A DNA stretch of 64,000 nucleotides. Origin: Negaprion brevirostris (lineage: Eukaryota). The DNA lies in the NCBI GenBank assembly GCA_030324005.1, contig JARDVH010000042.1:79117092-79181091 (forward strand). The letters are read 5' to 3'. Every line of letters starts with the position of its first letter. Within the stretch, counting starts at the first letter, position 1. The position numbers and the translations under genes are program-made. Below the pieces are notes generated by a model, which worked only from the letters and a program-made list of their open reading frames with translations, was not told where the DNA came from and searched no databases. Positions 51,234 through 63,898 of the stretch are shown piece after piece.

Positions 51234-51695
51234 TTTAAGTTTAAGTTTATTTATTAGCCACAAGTAGGCTTACATTCACACTGCAATAAGTTACTGTGAA
51301 AATCCCCTGGTCGCCACACTCCGGCACTTGTTCGGATGCAGTGGGGGAGAACTTAGCGTGGCCAATTCACCTAACCTGCACACCTTTGGATTGTAGGAGG
51401 AAACTGGAGACCTGGAGGAAACACGCACAGACACAGGGAGAATGCGCAAACTCCACACAGACAATGACCGAAGCCAAGAATTGAACCCGGGTCCTTGGTG
51501 CTGAGAGGCAGCAGNNNNNNNNNNNNNNNNNNNNNNNNNNNNNNNNNNNNNNNNNNNNNNNNNNNNNNNNNNNNNNNNNNNNNNNNNNNNNNNNNNNNNN
51601 NNNNNNNNNNNNNNCAAACTCCACACAGACAATGACCGAAGCCAAGAATTGACCCCGGGTCCTTGGTGCTGAGAGGCAGCAGTGCCACTGTGCCA
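51234..51695 (-). mobile_element. HE1-type SINE with alternative tail (head duplicated across the gap)
   Basis: tttaagtttaagtttatttattag...ttactgtgaaaatcccc...gaattgaacccgggtccttgg. Confidence 0.85.
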
Positions 51696-51767
51696 AGTTA
51701 AGTGCAAGCTAAATTGATGTTAAAATATAGTTACCTATTCACAATAATACTTTTAGTAACACATCAC

Positions 51768-52016
51768 CTTGCTTAAATGATCAGCCAGATTTGTTTGTAC
51801 TGACTGTCTGTCATAATCCTGAATTGTCCAGGATGGATGAGCTTTGTTCTGTTGCCAGCTGTTGTCTGTCCTTATATCTGCATACAAGGGATTCCTCTTG
51901 ATGGTGGATTTCAAGGTTAGCGGCGTGATATGTTTGCTAAGGACTTTATCAATAGGAAAAGGACTATCACCATACAATCGCAGGCTGAACATCTTTGATG
52001 CATCGTGGTCTTTAGT
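51768..52016 (-). CDS. MINAR2: MINAR2 coding exon 2
   Basis: Acceptor tgtcttctag|ACT. Reads TKDHDASKMFSLRLYGDSPFPIDKVLSKHITPLTLKSTIKRNPLYADIRTDNSWQQNKAHPSWTIQDYDRQSVQTNLADHLSK, with the MINAR motifs NPLY and PSWTIxxYD. Donor AAG|GTGATG. 249 bp, phase 0/0. Confidence 0.9.
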
Positions 52017-52218
52017 CTAGAAGACATTGAATACACAACAGTAACAATGTAACAATGATGTAATTCACAGCACTCTCATTGGAAATAATTTATGATCATG
52101 TTGTGACTCTATTGCCAGTCTGATTTAAGATTCAATTTTTTAAAAATTTAATGTAGTTGCAAGGATTCATTTGCTTTCACAAAATAGTGAATTAACATAA
52201 GCTACTTCCTAATGGATT

Positions 52219-52522
52219 GAAGTTTATTCAATACTGTCGCAAGTAGGTCTACATGAACACTACAATGAAGTTACTGTGAAAATCCCCTAATTGCCATACT
52301 CTGGTACCTGTTCGGGTACATTGAGGCCGAATTTAGCATGGCCAATGCACCTAACCAGCACATCTTTCAGACTGAGAGGGGAATCCGGAGCATCCGGGGA
52401 AACCCACACAGACACAGGGTGAACGTGCAAACTCCACACAGACAGTGATCCAAGCCGGGAATCGAACCCGGGTCCCTGGCACCGTGAAGCAACAGTGCTA
52501 ACCACTGTGCCACCATGCCACC
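52219..52522 (-). mobile_element. HE1-type SINE with alternative tail, in MINAR2 intron 1
   Basis: gggaatcgaacccgggtccctggc...gtgctaaccactgtgccacc. Confidence 0.85.
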
Positions 52523-53550
52523 CATAGATAGATGTTCTGGTGGTAAAGTGGAGGGTGGGACAGCGGAGGGATGGAGAAATGGGAAGGAGGGTTTTGAACC
52601 TGATGCTTTGACAGGATCCCGGTGGAGGGTCCATCGGACAGGATGTGGGGTGAAGGGTGTGGTTTCAAACCTGCTGGAGTCTTTAAACAAGAAGTTGGGG
52701 CGGGGGGGGTTGAGTTTAGATGAGGTTTTAGTGGGTGCAGGTGAGTTAGCAGCCTCTGGAGATGGAGCAGCCTGGTTCGCGACTCACCTCATCCCCACTG
52801 TTCAAACACCAGTGCAGAGGCCAGCTGAGAATGTTACAGACGGAACGAGATTAAATCGCCATCTCACAGCAGATCAGACCGTGAACTAAACAAAGCGCGT
52901 TTCCAATCCTCCGACAGACACAACATCTCTCACCAGTCCTCCACTTGCAGACTTTAATTTTCACTTGTAAAGATCACACTGAGTGACTCACTGAGGCACC
53001 TGATCCCAGGCGTCAGTAATGTTTTACAGAGACAATCCATCACAGCTGACATCAAAACTCAAAGCGATTCTCAGGAGCTGATTCAGCCAGCTCACCCAAT
53101 CACGGAAGGTCAGTGGAAGAATCCCTGTTTCCCCGTACCTCCAGAAGTTGTGACAAAAGCTCGGGCTGGGGGGGGGGGCTACATCTGTAAATCCGCAGAG
53201 GAATTTCCGNNNNNNNNNNNNNNNNNNNNNNNNNNNNNNNNNNNNNNNNNNNNNNNNNNNNNNNNNNNNNNNNNNNNNNNNNNNNNNNNNNNNNNNNNNN
53301 NNNNNNNNNCAAACCACTGTGCCAAATGAAAGGAACAATTACAAAAATGCAGTTGACTAACTAAAATCTAGGCTTTAGATTACAGATGATTATATTTACA
53401 GAGTCATTTATATGAATGTTTCATATCTTTTAATCTAGGTCAGTGCCTTTAAGATATTTCTTTAAAAATATAAAAGCATTTATCTGCAAGAATGTATTTT
53501 CAATTCTCAGATCGAAAGCACACCTGTGAAGCTGTTTTTGACCCACTTAC

Positions 53551-53712
53551 CTGTGAATAGACTTGATTGTGCCACTGCCGACCACTCACAGCTGCCCCAG
53601 AGAGACCTGGAAAACCGATTTGGCTCAAACCAGGAGTTGTAGGTAATGCTTTTACATCTAACTGCAGAAATTTGTCAGGGTGGTTGTTATTTGGCAAGAC
53701 AGATAGGTCCAT
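53551..53712 (-). CDS. MINAR2: MINAR2 (membrane integral NOTCH2-associated receptor 2 / KIAA1024L), coding exon 1
   Basis: MDLSVLPNNNHPDKFLQLDVKALPTTPGLSQIGFPGLSGAAVSGRQWHNQVYSQ. The first 21 aa match the human MINAR2 N-terminus as I recall it. 162 bp, phase-0 donor CAG|GTAAGT. Confidence 0.95.
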
Positions 53713-55317
53713 GTTTCCCTGTTGTGTTTACTCCAGTCTCACACTGGGACTGACAAGCAATGCAATTTCCTCAATTATTAATAAATTGTTGAATATTTAG
53801 GTAGATAGCTGAAACATTACCCATCCACAGATCTCCTTTTCAGTTGTAAATGAGCTAATCTTGGATTGCACTCACGTATGAATAATGCACACCTTTTGTT
53901 GTTGGGCCTTTTAATTAGCATGTTGCAGATTGAGGCAATGTGAAAGAGATGCTTAAAATTATGAGAGGATGGGGCAGGTTAGATAACAGCAGATGGTTTC
54001 CATAGCTCAGTGGCCCAGAACAAAGGGGAAATAGCTACAAGGAGCAAGGGAATGCGCTGGAAAGGAAAGGCTTGACTTGGGTGGGGTGACAAGGGAAGGC
54101 TGTACAGAAACTCATGATGGTGGGGGGGGGGACGAAATAATTGAGGCCATAAAGCAGAGCCAGTCCAGGATAGTTATGCAATAAGTCATCAGGGCCATAA
54201 AACAAAGGCAGTCTTGGGTAGCTGCATTATAATTTAGAGGGCTGTGCTTAGCACATCTGTCCTGGTCCCAATCCAGGGAGAAAGGGTCTGTCTTTACTGA
54301 GTCTGCTCTCCAATCAAGCAGCTTACTCTAGCAGGGTTATTGGGACCTGACTACAATTTTGGTCTGAGAATTGAGCAATGGCAACTCCCTCGGTAGACCC
54401 ACCCTTTGGGAGCTGGGTTTGGAGCCACAAGATGTGATTTTTAGGTGAACCAGGTGATTTTTAATTTTCTTTATATATTTTCCTTCTAGGTCAGGAGAGG
54501 CAGGGATGGTGATGCAGACTGTACTTGGTCCCACAATGGAAACGTGGGCCTCCTTTACCCTGGCTTTCCTCCTTCCTCCATCATGATCATCTTCACCATA
54601 ACCCATCCACCCTGTCACCATGTACCATTCCCACAGAATCCCCCCTTTGAACCATTCTGCTGCCACCTGGCCACATTTCAATGGGAATTGGAAGGAATTT
54701 ATTTAAGTAAACACAATACAATCAAGTTGAATTTTGACATCTCAGATGTTCCCCAGTGCACTGCTCACTAGGGAGTTGCATGTACACAGGAACAGTAGAC
54801 CATTCAGTCTGTCAACCATTCAATACCTTCATAGCCGATCACACTACCCCATATCTCTTTATACAATTGATATTTAAATATCTGCCAATCTCTACTTTAA
54901 ATCTCTGTATAGGACCAGAGAGCATATTCTAAGTATAAAGGGGCTCCAATGTGAGACTATGATGAGGAGGAGTTTCTTCTCTCAGAGGCTAGTGTGCTTT
55001 TGGAATTCCTTGCCACAGAGAGCTGTGGGGGTCAAGTCCTTTTGTATATTTAAGGCTGATATAGATAGACTGTTGATAAGTAAGGGAGTCAGGAGTTGCA
55101 GGGAAAGGACAGAAAAGTGGACATGAGGAATGTTGGATCAAATATGATCCTATTGAAAGATGGAGCAGGCTCGAGGGGCCTACTCCTTTTCCTATATCTT
55201 ATGATCTAACTGGCGCGTGAGTCCAGTGTACAATCCACACAGACATCAAGAATGCGTGTCCCTTTTGGAATGCTAGGTTTACAACTGAAAAATAGTTTTT
55301 TTCAAAAAAAAATTTAT

Positions 55318-55613
55318 AAGTTTATTTATTAGTGTCACAAGTAGGCTTACGTTAACACTTCAATGAAGTTACTGTGAAAATCCCCTAGTCGCCACACTCC
55401 AGTGCCTGTTCAGGTACACAGAAGAAGAATTTAGCATGGCCAATGCATCTAACGAGCATGTCTTTTGGACTGTGGGAGGAAACTGGAGCACCCGGAAAAA
55501 ATCCACGCAGACACGGGGAGAACATGTGGACTCTGCACAGACAGCGAAGCAACCTGGGAATCAAACCCAGATCCCTGGAGCTTTGAGGCAGCAGTGCTAA
55601 CCACTGTTCCACC
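55318..55613 (-). mobile_element. HE1-type SINE with alternative tail
   Basis: Same family signature. Confidence 0.85.
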
Positions 55614-57599
55614 TTGTGGCCCCATGTGGTGTGATTGAATTTTTAGGCCATTATTTTTAACTTATAAACAAGGCTGCACATTACTCTTAGGTACCCAGGT
55701 GCCATGCATTGGCACCTTGAGCCTTTAAGCGAGGTATCCAATAGACAGATACACTTTTGTCCTGGCTCTAGCAAAATATTAAGTTATTTGAGTTAACTTT
55801 GTAACAGATTCCTCTATTTTTATCTCCAGTTTATCTGAAGATAAAAGTAGAGAAGAGAAACTCAGCAAGAGAGTGAGCTCAGAAATAAACAGGAAGATAT
55901 TAAAAGTCAGCTGTCCTTTTTCACATTAAGATAGCCAAAGTGCTTTTCCCAGAATGTTTTATAACCTTGTGGTGTAAGGGCAAGTCAAACTCATTTAACA
56001 TAAAACAAAACATTTGCTCGGAACTTCTCCAGTTTGTTTAATCTGAGTGATTAATTGTATTTGTTCAGGATCATTAATTGCATGGACTCCTAGTGACATT
56101 ATCTGGAGAAACAAAGCACCCAAAATAAATAAATGGAATGTTTTTATTTTAGCTCATTCTTGGCCAAAGTGGCTAAAACCAGATGTGAATTTTCCTTCAG
56201 TCTATTTACATGACATCATTACACATCAATGATTGCCTAATCAAAGTATGAATTACAGTATTATTGTGAGGATTCTTTTGTATATCAGGTAGCGTAATTC
56301 TGTGGCCTGAATTAACTATAATGAAGACAGATTTCTTACAAATGTCAAGCAGAAAAGAGCTGGTGAATTTGTCCTTGCGACAGGAGTGGGTGGGGTGGAA
56401 ACAGAGAGAAAAGTTTCCATTTTAAATTGGAACTATAATTGAAATCGTAAATTTCTTGATGGTCTTCATGTTTATTAAAAAGTCATTGTCCAGAAGATTC
56501 TGAGGATACCTAAGTCAGGACAGAGTAGAAACTGCAGCCAGAGCAGACCTGCAGAGGCTAGATTAAAACAGGTTTCTTCCTGTAATACTATGTGGTTTTT
56601 TTAATTGTTCCACTTACAAGGANNNNNNNNNNCAAGGAATTTAATTATTTTTTGAATTATCATAAAATAAAAAGACTTTCAATAACCTATGTATGTTTTG
56701 TAAATTTTCTACCAACAAAACACAAGCTTTTGCTGGAATTTGGCTGGAGTGCAATTAACGGTTCCGCCCTGGTGTGAATGTCCCACAGTATCCTCCGTTG
56801 GTGCCTGCCACAGTGGATTGGAACACCCACTGGAGGCCGATGTCAAACTGATTTACGTGCCACTAAGCTGATGCAGATGAAGGCCCGTCCGATATCTTTC
56901 CTCCCATTGTCCAGTTCTCTGTGGCAAAACATGCCAATGCAAAAACCTGTCGAGAACAATGTGGCATGCAGAGGTTGGGACTCACTTGAACATGCTTGCG
57001 GTTGCCTCCAGAATTTGGAATGGAGGTTACCAGCAACCCTGAGACACCACAGCAGTGAGTCGGGGGAAGCATTTGGTAGATCTTCCAGTTTCTGTGTTAT
57101 TGAGGAGGTCCATCTTCCAGTCTCAGATTGTTCCTGGAGATCCACCTTCACATTCAGGAGGTCTATCTTACTTCTTCAGTGATTGGGTATCTTTTCCATA
57201 TGGGTCCCGGATACGACGGTGAACTATGCGCCATCAGGCCTGCTCCACCATGGGATACGGCACATAATACACTAATTGCATAATTAATGAGGTCAGGGTG
57301 GGAAGGTATGTTTTCCTGCTGGTCTCCACAGTGGGGAAGGCTTCACTTACCCACTCCTGCTTTAGATGGGAGAATTCCACAATGGTTGGCTTCAGCTGAG
57401 CATGAGTTAGTCTTACACAGCAGAAAGGTAAGTAAAGCTGGGATGGCATTTTCTTTTGCGTTTCATTTGAGAAAATTAAGGACCAAAGAATATTGTGCCA
57501 TATTTTTGAAATACTCCTACATTTGATTTTGAGGAAGTTTGAGCGATTTGAAAGATTACTCCTTGTGCATGTTACGTTCAGGTGCAGTTCAACAAGTCA

Positions 57600-59400
57600 G
57601 CAGGGTATGCAATTGAAAGAAGTGACCCTGAAGGCATTCTTGGGGACAATGGGGGAATTCAACCCTAACTAAGAGGACCAGTCTAATTATGAATGAAGGT
57701 TTCACGTTTGGCTAGTGGTGAATAAGGTACATATTTTCCTCACCATGATAGGGCTGAGTGCTTCTGATGTAGTTTTTAACTAGTGTTGCCTGCATGACAC
57801 CAGTACTTTGAAACAAGCTGAAATGAGTGAGATTCTAGACTCATATAATGGCACGACTAAGCATGAGATTGCACAGAGAGATGCATTCTGTGAAAGGAAG
57901 CAGTTGCCAAGCAAGAATATTGCAGACTAGAATTTCGAATTAAAGAGGGGAGACGATAGTATTATTGCCAGACTATTGATCCAGAAACTTAACTAATGTT
58001 CTGGGGACCTGGTTCAAATCGCACCACAGCAGATGGTGAAATCTGAATTCAACAAAAAAAATCTAGAATTGGGAGTCTACTGATGTCCAAAAAACCATTG
58101 TCGATTGTCAGAAAAACCAATCTGGCTCACTAATGTCCTTTAGGGAAGGAAATCTGCCATCCTTAGCTGGTCTGGCCTACATGTGGCTCCAGAGCAATAT
58201 GGTTGACTCTCAACTGCACTCCAGCAACTAGGAATGGGCAATAAATACTGGCTAGCCAGTAATACCCATGTCGCACAAATAAGTAAAAGAAACCTCTCTT
58301 CACAGTGGTTATGGCATAAACTTAGAAACCGACCTTGCAGAAATGTTCGTCGGACACTTGAAGTAAAAAAAAATCAAGGCCCAGTCTTTGAGCACAGGCA
58401 ATAAGCTGATGCAGAAGGAGGCCTGTGATGAGGTCATGGCCCTGGAAATGGCAGAAAGACCTGGTTGCAAATTGCAAAGGAGTTCTTTGCCTGAGCCAGC
58501 AGGGGTGCTCCACCCTGGATCAGCTGGATCCAGGCCATGAAAGCCAAACTCACAATCTCAACGATAGAAACTTGAATGCTACCATTGCCATGATAGTCAC
58601 CAACCATTTAAATGGCCCCATTTCCTGTCAAAGTGCTATACCTGTGGACAAGTTGGTCATATTCAGATGCCAAGGAATAAAGGAATCAGTAATTCTCCAG
58701 GTCATGGTAATGCACCAGGCCAAGGTCATGGTAGCTATGAAGCTAGTTCAAGAACTTGGAACTTTTCAAATTTTCATGTGATAAATGGGGAAACAGAAGC
58801 TGCTGTTATCAAGCAGCAAGATGAAGAGTTTTACTTAGTTCGAGAGCAAAAAAAAAACTGTACATGGAAAATGAGGGTAATAGAGCTGAAGATATAATTC
58901 TAGCATTCACAGTAGAAATCAAAGTCTGATATTTGCAACATACTTTCATCGTTAATACAGCTGCAGCTGTGTTTGTTATCTTGAAACTAGAGTACAAAAT
59001 AATACCTGTGCCAAATTCCTTTATACAAAACTGGTGTGAAGCTGATTAGTCACTATTACAACTGGATTCCAATGTTAGGGTTGACTACAATCATACAGCC
59101 TATTACTTGCCATTGATTGTAGTATGAGGGAACAAATTCTCCCTGATGGGAAGAATTGACTTAAAGAAATATGGTAAACTGGGCCAATGCGAATCAGCAA
59201 CAGGACACCTGACACTGAGACATTGCCAAGAGATACCAAGTGGTCTTTGAGCAGAGAGAATAAAATAATAAAATTAGGCATCACGAGGCTGAAGTCAAGA
59301 TACAGGACAACGTGCAGCCAATATTTTGCAAGGCTAGGCCAGTGCCCTGTGCACAATTAGAAGCAGTAAAGAATGGGATAGATTAAGATGAACAGGGGCA
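57600..59400 (+). mobile_element. Second decayed Gypsy element (gag-protease-RT start), with a SINE/LINE-tail insertion at about 57950-58290
   Basis: gag-like MGEFNP..ED; HEIAQRDAFCERKQLPSKNIAD; zinc knuckle CYTCGQVGHIQ at about 58634; protease relic FIVNTAAAV at about 58945; QPIFCKARPVP at about 59315. Confidence 0.7.
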
Positions 59401-60107
59401 AGTAAAAATGAAAAATAAAATGGATGATCCCACATACATGTATTAAAATCCATCTGTCACAGTTCTGTGCACTCACTTAGCTTACCAAGGTCTCTGTAAT
59501 CTTGTGCTTCCTTCTACACTGTTTACTATGCCATCAATCTTTTGGCAAACTTGGATCTATGGTTCTCTTTGCATTACTCAAGTCATGAATGAGTATAATA
59601 AATAGTTGAGGCCAGAACCTGGCAGAGGTGGGTGCACAATGTACAAAACATCAGGCCCCATGCCCAAGGGAGACCTGAGCTCAAGCAAATATTTTCCACA
59701 TGTATGAAACCAATAAATCCTCCTTTTTGACATAAAAATCATGGTATTAACTTGCTGAATTAGTAGTATTAACCCCTGGGACAACTTGGTTGCATAAAGT
59801 CTCGTTGACTCATACATTCAAGTTTTCCAAATTTAACGTCTCCCTGCCTTTGATCAAACTGGGCTGCGTTCAGCTACCAGTGACATCATTGAGAAACTCT
59901 AAATTTGGAATATTGGAAGTTGATTGGTGGACAGCAGGGGTCACCACAAGAAAAGTTCTGAACAATGAAAGTAATGAGTGAATGATGTTATCTGGTCTAT
60001 ATGGAGAAACCCTTTTCTTACAATAGTGAAATTTGGTATTATATAGCCTGAGGACTTTTGCTTTTCATGATATCAGTGACAAGTAGCAAGTAAATGTGAC
60101 ACCTACT

Positions 60108-60857
60108 TCAAAAGCATTCTTTCTGGTTGTATCACAGCTTGGTATGGCTCCTGCTCTGCCCAAGGCCACAAGAAACTACAAAGGATCATGAATGAAGCCC
60201 AATCCATCATGCAAACCAGCCTCCCATCCATTGACTCTGTCTACACTTCCTGCTGCCTCAGAAAAGCATCAAGCATCACCAATGACCCCATGCACTGAAG
60301 ACATACTCTCTTCTACCTTCTTCAANNNNNNNNNNNNNNNNNNNNNNNNNNNNNNNNNNNNNNNNNNNNNNNNNNNNNNNNNNNNNNNNNNNNNNNNNNN
60401 NNNNNNNNNNNNNNNNNNNNNNNNNNNNNNNNNNNNNNNNNNNNNNNNNNNNNNNNNNNNNNNNNNNNNNNNNNNNNNNNNNNNNNNNNNNNNNNNNNNN
60501 NNNNNNNNNNNNNNNNNNNNNNNNNNNNNNNNNNNNNNNNNNNNNNNNNNNNTGAAGGAGAATTTAATATGGCCAGTTCATTTAACCTGCAATTTTTGGC
60601 CTATGGGAGGAAACGAGCACCCAAAGGAAACCCATGCAGATACAGGGACAATGTGCAAACTCCACAGACAAGCTGGGAAGTGAACCCAGGGCCCTAATAC
60701 TTAGAGACAACAGTGCTAACTTCTGTTCCACCCCATAAGACTACATTCTCCAATCTCTCTTTTCCTTCTCTATGTACAGTATGCTTTGTATAGTGTGCAA
60801 AAAACAATACTTTTCACTGTATGCTAATATATGTGACAATAATAAATCAAATCAAAT
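60108..60857 (+). mobile_element. Rex1/Babar-type LINE 3' fragment with a nested SINE (about 60553-60734)
   Basis: KSILSGCITAWYGSCSAQGHKKLQRIMNEAQSIMQTSLPSIDSVYTSCC; tail tgtgacaataataaatcaaatcaaat, also present at about 8280-8362. Confidence 0.65.
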
Positions 60858-61047
60858 ACATATTGAGTATTAATTAATCAATTATATATATGGAACATAA
60901 TTGTCTTAAAGCTATCATCATGGGATGATTTTGTTTACTGTTTTTTAAAATTTATTTAAACATAGTGCTGGAACACAAAGGCAGGTTTTATACCCAGCCC
61001 GCCTCCAAATCCAGCAGCCTGTAGATACATGCTAGAATTGCCCACTC

Positions 61048-61170
61048 CAGACACAGACACACATAGACAGACTCACAGACACACAGACTGACAGACGCAC
61101 TGGCACAGACACATAGGCACAAACACAGACAGACAGACACACACACACAGGCACAGATACACACACATAC
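61048..61170. repeat. Degenerate (CA)/(CAGA) microsatellite
   Basis: cagacacagacacacatagacagactcacagac... Confidence 0.85.
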
Positions 61171-62606
61171 CTACAGGGATACCCAGTTTTTAAAGGTTGG
61201 GATTCACCGAACTCTGAGCTCTGACCCAGGGCTAGTAACATGAGCCAGAGATAGGGCTGGATTTTCACTGGATTAGGATGACTCAAGAGCCCTTTAAAAA
61301 TTGTGGACAAAGCTCACATCCAGGATTCCTTACCCCATTCCCACAGTTCCTGATTTTTGGGAGTGCCTTTCTAAAGGTGTAGGCTGGTTCAAGTCAAAAG
61401 CCTGCTCATCTCTTATGTTATTGTTCACAAGAGGACGCAGTGGATCCCACCTCAAGGCGAGAATACTTCCAGCTCCAAATGTTATCAGTTTTGTTGTTAT
61501 GTTGTTAAAATACATTACCACAGCAAATACCACATCTTCTGGTTAAATAGTTTCCAGTAAATTTATCATTCAGGAATGTGATCAGCAGTCTCTGGTCATG
61601 CCCATCTCTTTGCAGTTGCCGATTTCTGACATATTCTTTGTAGATTAACCCTTTACTAGGTAACACTAAGGGTTAAAGGTGCAGGCCATTCATTGGCCAC
61701 TTGGGGAGGGGGGGGGAGTCAGGGTGTGTGTATATATGTCCACGTCACTTCCACTGCCTCTCCTGTAAATGGGCAATGGGGAGAGGGGTGGGGGGGGGGG
61801 GGGCATCGGAGGTGGTTGGAGGAAGGTCGTACCTTCATACACACCAGTGGTGGACTGTAAAATCCAATTCTATAACACCACTGGCTATAAAGTCCATCTA
61901 AAGATGTTCAAAGATGATTTTATGATTAGTTATCCCACTCTTCGGATATAGCTGTTAGTGTAAAGTTGTTGTGAAATTAGGGGTAGATAAATGGCATTGC
62001 GCCTTCCCGACTTTTCATGCATCTGATTTTACAACGGGACATTTGATGACTTCAGGAAGCACATGCCATGTTGTGGGCGAATGCAAAATACACATATAAT
62101 GAGTTAATTAAGTCATTTGTGAGATTGTCATTTCCATTCAGTTAATGATGGTTCCTTTACCAGTTCATAGTATCTGGTCCCTCAGGGCTACTAGATATTG
62201 AACTCCACAGCTTAGAGACACTAGCAGTGCTATATTGTCAGACCGTTGATGAATCTTCACCTTGCAATTTTTTTTGTCTCCACTGAGGGTTTGGTTGATT
62301 ACAATTTTAGTGATACTAACTCTTATACCTCCTGTTTTCACAATAGGTGCTTCACCAGGATTTTCTCAACATCACTGCTCTCTGAAAGAAAATGAAGAGA
62401 GAAATCATCAGAGAGTTCTAAAACATGCTGCATACAGACTCAACGGTAGATGTTACTCCAGGAATGGGATTGTAAGATTCTGTAAGAGTGACAAATACAC
62501 TCAGCTGTAAGCATCAATTTTGTTTTAATCTGTTAGTGGAGATACTGTTAATATGAGCCAATGTGCACAGATAAGTGAAACAAGTCACATTTTTTAAAAG
62601 TTAAAA

Positions 62607-62906
62607 CTTTAAAGTTTATTTATTAGTATCACAAGCAGGTTTATATTAATATTGCAATAAATTTATCGTGAAAAGCCCTCAGTCGCCTCATTCTGGCACC
62701 TGCTCGGCTGCACTGAGGGAGAATTCAGCATGACCAATGCACTGAACCAGCACATCTTTCAGACTGTGGGACGAAACCGAAGCACTCGGAGGAAACCCAC
62801 ACAAACATGGGGAGAATGTGCAGAGTCCACACAGAATCCACCAGCTGGAATTGAACCCGGGACCCTGGCACTGTAAGGCAGCAGTGCTAACCGCTGTGCC
62901 TGCCAC
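62607..62906 (-). mobile_element. HE1-type SINE with alternative tail
   Basis: Same family signature. Confidence 0.85.
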
Positions 62907-63898
62907 GTTTTGTTTGAGTCCAGCAATTCATGTCCTTCTCTGTGGGCATCATTATGGATTGGCAGTCCAATTTTTCAGAGTGGGGGCTTACCAAAGATTC
63001 ATAAGGTTATAAATTGTTTCTTCGTGGCTCTATATTAATGCAATGACCTTCATGAATAGGGACAGACTTTTTTGANNNNNNNNNNNNNNNNNNNNNNNNN
63101 NNNNNNNNNNNNNNNNNNNNNNNNNNNNNNNNNNNNNNNNNNNNNNNNNNNNNNNNNNNNNNNNNNNNNNNNNNNCTTCATGAATAGGGAAAGACTTTTT
63201 TGATTTAATTTGCAGCTTGTTTCATATTATCAAGACTGCGGTAAGTCAGTCAGTGATCACCCAGCTAACCATTCACTGTACCATCAATACTTGGACCCAA
63301 AATGGCAAACAACAGGATGGCTGCTGGGAGATCAAAGATAATTCTTCACAGTCATGGATAGCTTTGCAGTTATCCAGCTTCTAACTCAGCACAAATGTAA
63401 TGAAGGATAATCACTGGCAGAATAATCACTGAGTACACCATGTGTATGTTAAGCGAGCCTCGGGTGTCTGGAATGACAAGCAAACCTTCTGCAATATAGC
63501 TCAGTTACAGCTTCCAGGATCAGGGTAGTTTGCAGTATGCCAGATAACCTTTCATTATGAAGATTCTGGAGGAGTAATGTACCCAAGTGCAATAAGGGGA
63601 CCAGTTTCAGAAGCTGGAGCAGCCTAGTGGAATTGTCAGCTGTGAAATAACTTAATGACTCTCTCTCTCTCTCATGATAGAGAAGGCATAGCAGAGTTAT
63701 AGCTAACGTGAAAACATACCCACTGTGTGAGTGGTCCTCAGTGAGAGTCCTCTCTCATTCTTCCCAATGCCTCTGAACAAATGCTTCCACCTATAGTGTA
63801 TACCTTTTTCAATAGGTCTCATGAATCTCCCATTCATGACACCTAAAGAAGCTTCTTCCCAGCCTTTCCCTGCACAAAGGATGTGAAGTAAAAACCAA

